In this document: piece by piece, positions 1 to 7,517 of the stretch
Layout of the letters: every line of letters begins with the position of its first letter
Numbering within the stretch: the stretch's first letter is position 1
NCBI GenBank assembly: GCA_040905425.1
Contig: JBBDRO010000004.1
Span: forward strand, 1 to 13,166
Source of the DNA: Gemmatimonadota bacterium
Lineage (GTDB): Bacteria; Gemmatimonadota; Gemmatimonadetes; Longimicrobiales; RSA9
Length of the DNA stretch: 13,166 nucleotides
Direction of reading: 5' to 3'
Notes under the pieces: generated by a model
What the model was told of the DNA's origin: nothing
Database searches by the model: none
Seen by the model: only the letters and a program-made list of their open reading frames with translations
Made by a program: the position numbers and the translations under genes

Positions 1-72
1 ATGTTCTCATGGGAACATGAGATCTTGGCGAGCCGATGGCAATAGCCGGACGCGTCGCAAAGGCTTTGTCCC

Positions 73-84
73 TAGATTTCTAGC
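73..84 (+). promoter_or_regulatory. -10 element (TAGATT) 6 nt upstream of ATG; probable leaderless promoter
   Basis: TAGATT-tctagc-ATG with no Shine-Dalgarno sequence. Confidence 0.6.
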
Positions 85-321
85 ATGCGCACCACCGTTC
101 GTCTCGACCCCGCATTGCTACGCGCCGCCAAACGCTTCGCCGCGGAAGCGGGGACGTCGCTGACCGCCCTCATCGAGGACGGTCTCAGGGAGGTGCTCGC
201 TCGCCAGCAGCCGGCGCGGTCCTCGCCCTCCGCCGAGCTCCCGACCTTCTCCGGTGACGGGCTCCGGAACGGCGTCTGTCTTGATGACTCGGCCGCGCTC
301 CTGGACCGGATGGACGGGTGA
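85..321 (+). CDS. vapB: VapB-like ribbon-helix-helix (CopG-type) antitoxin
   Basis: 78 aa, MRTTVRLDPALLRAAKRFAAEAGTSLTALIEDGLREVL fits the RHH antitoxin pattern. The C-terminal LPTF..G...GV.LDDSAALLDRMDG is typical of this VapB group. The stop overlaps the toxin start (GTGA, 318-321). Confidence 0.85.
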   Translation: MRTTVRLDPALLRAAKRFAAEAGTSLTALIEDGLREVLARQQPARSSPSAELPTFSGDGLRNGVCLDDSAALLDRMDG

Positions 322-618
322 AGCTCCTCGACGTCAACGTCCTCGTCTACGCCCACTCCGCAGGAAACCGCCCTGGCGTTCGTGGAGGTCCTACGCAGCA
401 GGGACAACTGCGTGGTGCTGGCGCCGGGGGAGCGCCATTGGGGACTTTTCATCGAGCTCTGCCGGGTCAGCCGGGCCACCGGCAACACCATCCCCGATGC
501 CTACCACGCTGCGCTGGCGATCGAGACAGGGAGCGAATGGATCACAACGGACCGGGGCTTCCAGCGCTTTCCGGAGCTCTCCTGGCGGCACCCGCTGGAT
601 CCGGCGGGGGCGGAGTAG
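318..618 (+). pseudogene. vapC: VapC PIN-domain toxin with an internal deletion and frameshift
   Basis: The N-terminus MKLLDVNVLVYAH (318-356) is in one frame. The C-terminal PTPQETALAFVEVLRSRDNC...GNTIPDAYHAALAIETGSEWITTDRGFQRFPELSWRHPL (352-618) is in another. The middle of the PIN domain is missing. Confidence 0.85.
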
Positions 619-866
619 GCGCCGCCCACGCCGCCAGCACCGCCGCCTCCCGCTCGGGCGGCAACCCGGCCTGCCGGCACCCACGTGAAGCGCAGGTCGG
701 GGTCGTTGCCGGGGAAGGCGGCGCGGATACCGTGGAGCTGCTCGGCCATGGTCATGGGCGCCGCGGGGCCGGTGGCGTTGTAGATGAGGTGCGCACGGGT
801 GAGGTCCTCGGATGGGTGGCCGAGCGGTGCTCCTTCTGGGATGCTCGGGAAACGGCCCTCTGACAA
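619..866 (-). pseudogene. Possible gene remnant of unknown function
   Basis: The minus-frame segment SEDLTRAHLIYNATGPAAPMTMAEQLHGIRAAFPGNDPDLRFTWV has GC3-biased codons. The frame runs on into antisense vapC and has no convincing start; an AGAAGGAG RBS-like motif has no start codon after it. Confidence 0.35.
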
Positions 867-893
867 CAGGCTTCAAGTCAAATGTTTGTTGAT

Positions 894-911
894 AATTGAA
901 GCGCTACAATT
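894..911. promoter_or_regulatory. LacI/GalR-family operator-like palindrome
   Basis: AATTGAAGCGCTACAATT is an 18-bp near-perfect palindrome with a central AGCGCT, resembling symmetric lacO (AATTGTGAGCGCTCACAATT). It lies in an AT-rich intergenic tract. Confidence 0.55.
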
Positions 912-975
912 CGTTGAAAAGCATTAAGTTATAGAGTGGCGATAAGCCATAGATTATCTAAAAAGGCCCGCCAAA

Positions 976-1021
976 ATACAGTATATAGTATTCTGGCTCA
1001 ACCACGCCCTTTATGTTGCAA
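976..1021. promoter_or_regulatory. Tandem NrdR-box-like sites
   Basis: ATACAGTATATAGTAT (976-991) and GCCCTTTATGTTGCAA (1006-1021) resemble the consensus acaCwAtATaTwGtgt and are 30 bp apart start to start. Confidence 0.4.
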
Positions 1022-1165
1022 AGCCCAGAGCGTCCGTGAAGGCGCAACCCAGCAGAATCCAGCCGCAGGCCGCGCTCGCTCGAGCCGGGTGCCCGGCCGG
1101 GCACACGGAGGTGCGCTCCGGGGCCGGCCGGCCCTCGCAGCCTCATCGCCACACCCGCTCCCGGA

Positions 1166-1186
1166 GGCTACCTTTCGAAGGTAGCC
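1166..1186. repeat. Perfect inverted repeat (hairpin) 22 nt upstream of dinB
   Basis: GGCTACCTT-TCG-AAGGTAGCC forms a 9-bp stem with no U-tract. Confidence 0.7.
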
Positions 1187-1208
1187 AACCACCCCAAAAC
1201 AGCCGCTC

Positions 1209-2441
1209 GTGAACGAACCCCGCACACCCGCACCGCGCCGCATCCTGCTGGTCGACTGTGACCAGTTCTTTGTGCAGTGCGCGCGCATAGCCGACCCGGA
1301 GGGCGCGGGCCGCACACCGCTGCTGCTCGTGGGCGGCAGCGTGGACGGCCGCGGCGTGGTCACCTCCGCCTCCTACGAGACGCGCGCCTTCGGGGTGCGC
1401 TCCGGCATGCCCACCGGCCGGGCCCTCCGTCTCTGCCCGGAGGCTACCGTGGTGGGGGTGCCGCGCGGGCTGTGCGGGGAGAAGAGCCGCGCCATCCGCA
1501 CCGTCCTGGAGCGCTTCGCGCCCGTGGTGGAGCCGGCCTCCATCGACGAGGCGTACATGGACCTGTCGGGCACGGAGGGGCTCTACCGCGGGGAGGCGCT
1601 GGCGGACACCGCGCGGCGCGTGCAGGAGGCCGTGAAGGCGGAGACCGACATTGCCGTCAGCGTGGGTGGGGGAACCGCGAAGCTCATCGCCAAACTGGCG
1701 GTCACGAAGGCCAAGCCGGCAGGCGTGCACGTGGTCCCGCCGGGCGGCGAAGCGGACTTCATGCGCACCCTCCAGCTCGCCGCCATCCCGGGCGTGGGGC
1801 CCGTCTTCGCGGAGCGGCTGAAGCGGCTGGGCATGGTGAGCGTGGAAGACGCCTTGAAATACGAGGAGGCCACCCTTGGCCAGTGGCTGGGGGAGAACTC
1901 CGGGGCCTGGCTCCACCGCCGCATCCGGGGTATCGACGAGGGGCGGGTGGAGCCGGACCACGAGGCCAAGTCCCTGTCACGGGACGAGACCTTCGCGCGT
2001 GATCTGGACACGGCGGAGGAGCTCGAGACCGAGCTGCTCTACCTGGCGCTCAAGCTGGGCCGCGACCTGCGCGAGGAGGGGCTCCGCGCCCGTACGGTCA
2101 CGGTGCGCATCCGCGACGACGACTTCCGCAACCGCTCCGCCGGCAGGACCCTGCCCGAGCCCATCGAATCGGACCGGGCCCTCTACGCCGTGGGGCGCGA
2201 GCTGATGACCAAGCTACGAAGCGACCGTCGCGTGCCCGCCCGCCTGCTCTCCATCTCCGCGTCCGGCCTGTCCAGCGGCCAGGGGCCGCGCCAGCTGGCG
2301 CTCTTCGACGAGGCCGCGCCCGAGGCGGAGCTGGAGACGGAGCGGGACCGCGCCCTGTCACGTGCGGCGGATGACGTGCGCCGGCGCTTCGGCGCGGACG
2401 CGGTGCGGCCGGGCTCCCTGCTGGACCGACGGCGTCGGTGA
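1209..2441 (+). CDS. dinB: DNA polymerase IV (Y-family)
   Basis: 410 aa. Motifs include LVDCDQFFVQ (DMDAFF equivalent), GVVTSASYETRAFGVRSGMP, SIDEAYMD, KLIAKLA, KPAG and the HhH motif IPGVG. It has a little-finger domain and the clamp-binding motif QLALF. Confidence 0.95.
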   Translation: MNEPRTPAPRRILLVDCDQFFVQCARIADPEGAGRTPLLLVGGSVDGRGVVTSASYETRAFGVRSGMPTGRALRLCPEATVVGVPRGLCGEKSRAIRTVLERFAPVVEPASIDEAYMDLSGTEGLYRGEALADTARRVQEAVKAETDIAVSVGGGTAKLIAKLAVTKAKPAGVHVVPPGGEADFMRTLQLAAIPGVGPVFAERLKRLGMVSVEDALKYEEATLGQWLGENSGAWLHRRIRGIDEGRVEPDHEAKSLSRDETFARDLDTAEELETELLYLALKLGRDLREEGLRARTVTVRIRDDDFRNRSAGRTLPEPIESDRALYAVGRELMTKLRSDRRVPARLLSISASGLSSGQGPRQLALFDEAAPEAELETERDRALSRAADDVRRRFGADAVRPGSLLDRRRR

Positions 2442-2567
2442 CCGCAAAGCCCGTTAGGCTGATCCGCTGAGGGGTGCGCTCGCGCCGGAGGGCTGGTTTG
2501 CGCGCTTCCCCATCCCGAAGGTACGCGCGGTGGCGGTGATGGGAGACCTGGTCCACCGCGTGCTAAC

Positions 2568-3869
2568 TCAGGTGGCGGATACCGTCCGCTTCACGGTGGT
2601 GCCGCCGCAGTAGCGCAGGATCGTCAGCGCCAGCGCCCGGGCGGCGGCCTCGAGCTCCGCCACCTCCACGTACTCGTCGGGCGCGTGCGCCTGGCGGACG
2701 TCCCCCGGGCCGTAGAGCACGGTGGGCATGCCGCCCTGGTTCACCAGCAGACGCATGTCGGCACCGTAGGGCATGCCGTGCACCGCCGCCGCAGCGCCGG
2801 TGGCGTCCAGGTGGGCGCCGCGCAGCGTGGTGACCAGCGGATCACGGGGATCCGTTGCGGCGGGCGCGAACTGCGCGCCCCACCATGCCAGGATCGGAGG
2901 ATGCTGGCGTAGCCACGGATCGGTGCGCGCCACCGCGTCGAGCACGCCGGCCAGTTCGGCGCGGGCGGCGCGGGCGTCCTCGTCAGGCGCAATGCCCAGG
3001 CGCCCCTCGAAGGTGAGCTGCTCCGCCACCGTGGATGCCCAGATGCCCGCGCTGACCCTGCCTATACAGAGGGCGTACGGCAGCTCGTGGTCGGCGAACA
3101 GCGGATGGCGCGGCCGCGCGTTGCGCCGCGTCTCCAGCTCCTGCAGGGCGCGGTAGAGCGGGATGAAGTGGTGGATGGGGTCCACGCCCTCGGCACGCAA
3201 CGCACCGTGGGCCGCCCGCCCCGGCACCGTGACGCGGAAGTTGAGGGCGCCGGCCTGGGCGGGCGCCACGACCAGCCCGGTGGGCTCCAGCACGATGGCG
3301 GCCGTGCCGGTGTGCCCGCGCTGGATGGCCGCGAGCGTGCCCAGACCGCCGTCCTCCTCGCCCACCACGCTGTGGATGAGCACGCTGCCCGCCAACTCCG
3401 CGCCCGCCCTGATCAGCGCCTGCACCGCGCACAGGGCGCACAGCAGGCCGCCCTTCATGTCGGCGGCGCCGCGGCCGTAGACGCGACCCTCGCGCAGGGT
3501 GGCCGCGAACGGCGGCGCCGACCACCGGTCGATCTGCCCCGCCGGGACCACGTCCACGTGGCCGTTCAGGACCAGCGTGCGTGCCTCGGACTCCACCGGT
3601 GCGGTGCCCCGCAGGCGGCCCACCACCCCGATGGCGCTTTCCCGGTCCAGCTCTTCCGTGTACGCGGGATGCCGGCGTAGCGCGGGCAGATCCAGCTCCC
3701 AGCGGTCCACCTCCAACCCCATGCCCGCCATGGTGGCGGCCATCCACTCCTGCGCTGGCGTCTCCCCGCCCGCCGAGGTGTCGAAAGCCATGAGCTGGTC
3801 CAGCGCGCTGAGCAGGCCCTCCAGGTCCAGGGCGTCCAGCACGCGGGCCTCCGTGCTCGACAGCGCCAT
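2568..3869 (-). CDS. M20-family ArgE/DapE-like deacylase
   Basis: 433 aa with [39 protein letters not shown] and GPG...AHAPDEYV. Confidence 0.92.
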   Translation of the reverse strand: MALSSTEARVLDALDLEGLLSALDQLMAFDTSAGGETPAQEWMAATMAGMGLEVDRWELDLPALRRHPAYTEELDRESAIGVVGRLRGTAPVESEARTLVLNGHVDVVPAGQIDRWSAPPFAATLREGRVYGRGAADMKGGLLCALCAVQALIRAGAELAGSVLIHSVVGEEDGGLGTLAAIQRGHTGTAAIVLEPTGLVVAPAQAGALNFRVTVPGRAAHGALRAEGVDPIHHFIPLYRALQELETRRNARPRHPLFADHELPYALCIGRVSAGIWASTVAEQLTFEGRLGIAPDEDARAARAELAGVLDAVARTDPWLRQHPPILAWWGAQFAPAATDPRDPLVTTLRGAHLDATGAAAAVHGMPYGADMRLLVNQGGMPTVLYGPGDVRQAHAPDEYVEVAELEAAARALALTILRYCGGTTVKRTVSAT

Positions 3870-5048
3870 CTACAGCCGGTCCAGCGCCGCCTCGAGGTCG
3901 GCAACCAGATCCGCCCCGTCCTCGATGCCCACGGCATAACGCACGAGCGCCTCGGGGATCCCGGCGGCGGCGCGCTCGGCGGGGCTCGACTCCACGTGGC
4001 TGGTGGTGGCGGGCGGGCCCACGAGCGTGGCTACCGAGCCCAGGCTGGCGGCCTGGTGCGCCAGGCGGAGCCCGCCGAGCAGCGTGCGCACCGCGTCGAA
4101 GTCACCCTTCAGCGCAAAGGCCAGCACACCGCCGAAGCCGCTCATCTGGCGCCGGGCCACGTCGTGATTGGGATGGTCGGGTAGCCCCGGATAGAAGACC
4201 GCCTCAACGGCCGGATGCGCGGCCAGGAATTCCGCCACCCGCTGGGCGTTGGCGTTCTGGCGGCTGACGCGCAGCTCCAGCGTGCGGATGCCGCGCGCGA
4301 GCAGGGAGGCGGAGTGGGCGTCCAGCGTGGCGCCGTTGATCTCCCGGAAGCGGAAGATGCGCCGTACCCGTTCGGCGTCCCCCACCACCACGCCGCCCAT
4401 GGCGTCCGAGTGCCCGCCCAGGAACTTGGTGGCGCTGTGCAGCACCAGGTGCGCGCCCAGCTCCAGCGGCCGCTGGTTGATGGGCGTGGCGAAGGTGTTG
4501 TCCACGGCCACCACGGCGCCCGCCGCCCGCGCGGCCTCGGCCAGCCGAGCAATGTCCAGCACCTTCAGCGTGGGATTGGTGGGCGTCTCCAGGTAGAGCA
4601 GGTCGCAGCCGCCCGCCACGGCGGCCTCGATGGCGGGGTGGTCACCCGTGTCACACAGCTCCACCGCCACGCCCCAGCGCGGCAGGAATTCCGTGAAGAG
4701 ACGATTGGTGCCACCGTACGTGTCGCGCACGCTGACCACCCGGCGGCCGGGCTCCAGCAGCGCGAAGAGCGTGTTGCTGATGGCGGCCATGCCGGTGGCG
4801 AAGCTGGTGGCCGCTGCCCCGCCCTCCAGCGCCCGCACCTTGTCCTCGAAGACGGCCACCGTGGGGTTGGTGTTGCGGGAGTAAATGTGGCCCGGCTTCT
4901 CCCCGGCGCCCACCGCGCGCCACTCGTCCAGGTCATCGTAGGCGTACGTCACGCCATGGAAGATCGGCGTGACCGTGACCCCCTCCGGGCCGCGCTCCGG
5001 CTCTCCCCCCCACACGCAGCGTGTGGACGCGCCCCACCCTTCGGTCAT
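3870..5048 (-). CDS. Cys/Met metabolism PLP-dependent enzyme (cystathionine gamma-synthase/lyase family)
   Basis: 392 aa with YSRNTNPT, TGMAA, YGGT, ETPTNP, DNTFATP, HSATKFLGGHSD (PLP lysine), ASLG and VGIED. Its stop abuts the next ATG. Confidence 0.93.
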   Translation of the reverse strand: MTEGWGASTRCVWGGEPERGPEGVTVTPIFHGVTYAYDDLDEWRAVGAGEKPGHIYSRNTNPTVAVFEDKVRALEGGAAATSFATGMAAISNTLFALLEPGRRVVSVRDTYGGTNRLFTEFLPRWGVAVELCDTGDHPAIEAAVAGGCDLLYLETPTNPTLKVLDIARLAEAARAAGAVVAVDNTFATPINQRPLELGAHLVLHSATKFLGGHSDAMGGVVVGDAERVRRIFRFREINGATLDAHSASLLARGIRTLELRVSRQNANAQRVAEFLAAHPAVEAVFYPGLPDHPNHDVARRQMSGFGGVLAFALKGDFDAVRTLLGGLRLAHQAASLGSVATLVGPPATTSHVESSPAERAAAGIPEALVRYAVGIEDGADLVADLEAALDRL

Positions 5049-6715
5049 CGGCCGATTCCCACTGCCTCACTGCGCCGCACGCCGCCCGGGCCCGCGTCCA
5101 CCACCACGCGCACGGTGGCGCCCGCCCCCGCCGGCCGCACCACCCAGCTCACCGTGTGGCTCCGCTCGCTCACCACGCCGGTGAAGGCCTCCGCGCCGGC
5201 CAGGTGCGGGATGATCGTGCGCGCGGCGCCCTCCACCAGCTCCGCGCCGTCCAGCTCCAGCCGCACCACGGGCGGCGCCACCACCTGGTCCGCCAGGCCA
5301 CCGTCGCGGGACTCACTGCCCACGTGGCCGCGCACGGTGAGGTGCGTGGGCAGATAGCCGTCGTTGGTCACCGTGGCCTCCACGCGCACCGCGCCGTCCC
5401 CCAGCGGTGTCACCCGCGGTGCGGCCACCGTCACCAGCGGCGACTGCTCGGCCAGATGCAGGATCCAGTGGAGCTGCATCTCCGTCTCCCGTTCGAGCAT
5501 CTCCGCGGGCGGGTTCTGGCCCCAGTACTTGCGATGCCAGCCACCGATCTCCACCGGGCCGAGCTGCGGGTGGTCGAACGCCTCCCACTCCTTGAAGTAG
5601 CGGCCGCCCAGCTCTTCACGGTCGAAGCGGCGGCTTTCCTCCTCACTGATGTCCCCGTCCCCGTCGTAGTCCGTCACCCAGGAGTCGCTGGCCACGTACT
5701 CGGGCACCCAGCCGATGATGCCGCGGTCCCAGTAGCCCCAGCTGATGAGCGTGCCGTAGCGGTGGTTGGTGGGGTGCGTGGAGCTGGGGCGCACGGGCCG
5801 GCCGGTGCTGGCGGTGTACTCCTCCCCGAGCTCCAGGATGAGGCCCAGGTCCCGCTCGTCCAGCAGCGCCGGGCTCACGGCCGAGGGCAGCCGGTAGACG
5901 AAGCCACCCGAGGTGTGGCCGTGCACGATGCCCGTGACGTTCGGACGGTCGCTCAGGAAGCGGACGGCGGCGTACGTCTCCGGCTCGCTCAGCGGGAAGA
6001 CGCCCGCACCCGGCTGCAGGTGCTCGCGCTCCCAGTTGCGTGGGTAGTTGCGGTTCAGGTCCAGGCCGCCGATGCCGTCCTCGTTGAAGCGACCGTCGCC
6101 ATCATCGTCGATCCCCTCGCTCATCGTCACCCATTCCCCGTCCTGCCCCCGGTAGCGCATCTGCAGGATGCGGCCGTCCCCGTCCAGGTCGTTGGCGGGA
6201 TCCTCGTCGAAGCGCCCGTCATTGTCCTCATCCACGGGGTTCACGCTGCTGCGTAGCGAGAGGTCCGTGCGCAGCACCAGGTCCGAGCCGTCCGGGTTGA
6301 ACTTGGGCCGGATATAGAAGGTGCGCGTGTCCAGCAGGCGCGTGACGCGCTCGTCCTCCCCGTAGCCGCGCAGCAGGTGCTCCAGGAAATGGAAGGCCAC
6401 CGAGGAGCCCGTCAGTTCGGCGGCGTGCAGCCCGCCATCCACGTAGAGCGCGGGCTTCTCCTCCGCGGGCCCCGTGCGCTCGTTGGTCACTTCCATGACC
6501 ATCAGCTCGGCGCCCAGGAAGCTCTGCCCGATGGAGTACAGGTTGGTGAGCTCCGGATACATGCGCGCCCACGCGGCCATGATGGCATTGGTCTCGTCGG
6601 CCGTGTAGAAGCGGTTCAGGTCAATGGCGCCGTCGGCGGCCACCAGGCCCGCCTGCTGGGCGCCCAGCGGCTGGACGAGCGCCAGGACCAGGAGCACGGG
6701 CAGGGAGCGGCGCAT
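5045..6715 (-). CDS. Secreted M14 zinc carboxypeptidase with DxDxDG Ca-binding loops
   Basis: ATG 6715 follows a GGAGGT RBS and begins the signal peptide MRRSLPVLLVLALVQPLGA. Motifs are HAAE (HxxE), NPDG, DLNRNY, SEPET and GHT. It overlaps the next gene at ATGA. Confidence 0.9.
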   Translation of the reverse strand: MRRSLPVLLVLALVQPLGAQQAGLVAADGAIDLNRFYTADETNAIMAAWARMYPELTNLYSIGQSFLGAELMVMEVTNERTGPAEEKPALYVDGGLHAAELTGSSVAFHFLEHLLRGYGEDERVTRLLDTRTFYIRPKFNPDGSDLVLRTDLSLRSSVNPVDEDNDGRFDEDPANDLDGDGRILQMRYRGQDGEWVTMSEGIDDDGDGRFNEDGIGGLDLNRNYPRNWEREHLQPGAGVFPLSEPETYAAVRFLSDRPNVTGIVHGHTSGGFVYRLPSAVSPALLDERDLGLILELGEEYTASTGRPVRPSSTHPTNHRYGTLISWGYWDRGIIGWVPEYVASDSWVTDYDGDGDISEEESRRFDREELGGRYFKEWEAFDHPQLGPVEIGGWHRKYWGQNPPAEMLERETEMQLHWILHLAEQSPLVTVAAPRVTPLGDGAVRVEATVTNDGYLPTHLTVRGHVGSESRDGGLADQVVAPPVVRLELDGAELVEGAARTIIPHLAGAEAFTGVVSERSHTVSWVVRPAGAGATVRVVVDAGPGGVRRSEAVGIGR

Positions 6716-6768
6716 GCGTGACCTCCGGAAGGGGGGGTGGGGACCGGAGGATTCATACGACGGGCGGG

Positions 6769-6813
<45 letters not shown>

Positions 6814-6816
6814 GAG

Positions 6817-7407
6817 CTACGACCCTTCGATCACGCCGCACGCCAGCCGCGCTCCGGCGTCACCGGACGGCTGGGAGGTGTAGTCATCCGGTCCGGCATG
6901 GATGACCAGTGCCGTGCCGCCGTCGCGCAGCAGTGACGTCTGTTGCCCCCGCTGCAGCGTCACGTTCTCCGCCAGCGTGGTGTGCGTCACGGTGCCGTCC
7001 TCCTGCACGGTGATGTTGCGCAGGTCACCGGCGTGCGGGCCTGCCGGCGCGTCGAAGCCGTGCTCGCGCTCCGTGGGATTGAAGTGCCCGCCGGCCGACG
7101 CGAAGTCGGGCGCCTCGCAGCCCCCTGTCTCATGGATGTGGAAGCCGTGCTCGCCTGCAGGCAGCCCCTGGGCTTCCAGGCTGATCTCCACACCGCCCTC
7201 CGCCTGGCGCAGCGTGGCGGTGCCGAGCTGCGTCCCATCCGGTGCGCGCAGGGTCACCTGGATGCTGGCGGTGCCGGTGGGCTGCTCGACCTCGGTCACA
7301 AGAGTGTCCATGGCCGTAAGCGAATCCTCGGTGGTCTCCTGGGTCTCGCAGCCGGCCAGGACGGCGCCGGCCATGAGTACGAGCATCGGGTGGAAAAAGC
7401 GCTTCAT
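6817..7407 (-). CDS. sodC: Cu/Zn superoxide dismutase, lipoprotein
   Basis: Lipobox LAGC. HGFHIH, GGHFNP, EHG, PHAGDL, ALVIHAGPDD and GARLACGVI supply all expected Cu/Zn ligands. The start is 7407 or 7416. Confidence 0.95.
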   Translation of the reverse strand: MKRFFHPMLVLMAGAVLAGCETQETTEDSLTAMDTLVTEVEQPTGTASIQVTLRAPDGTQLGTATLRQAEGGVEISLEAQGLPAGEHGFHIHETGGCEAPDFASAGGHFNPTEREHGFDAPAGPHAGDLRNITVQEDGTVTHTTLAENVTLQRGQQTSLLRDGGTALVIHAGPDDYTSQPSGDAGARLACGVIEGS

Positions 7408-7517
7408 GGCGGTCATACCTCATCTGTCGGTTCGTGTGTACGCACGGAGCCGCCGGCCGTGCAAGACTCCGGCCGGGAGGCTGGACCGCACGCCCTCGCG
7501 CGCGCTACCTTGCCTGC

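Noticed and set aside
350..365. Programmed frameshift restoring VapC
   Set aside because: There is no slippery sequence, and the joined product would still lack the central part of the PIN domain.
318..863. 181-aa ORF as a full-length toxin
   Set aside because: Only the first 13 codons are PIN-like; the rest is out-of-frame read-through.
979..995. E. coli-type SOS box upstream of dinB
   Set aside because: It reads CAG-N11-CTG, which is the wrong orientation and spacing for CTG-N10-CAG.
7434..7517. Longer N-terminus of the multicopper oxidase
   Set aside because: The signal peptide and the -10 spacing support ATG 7518.
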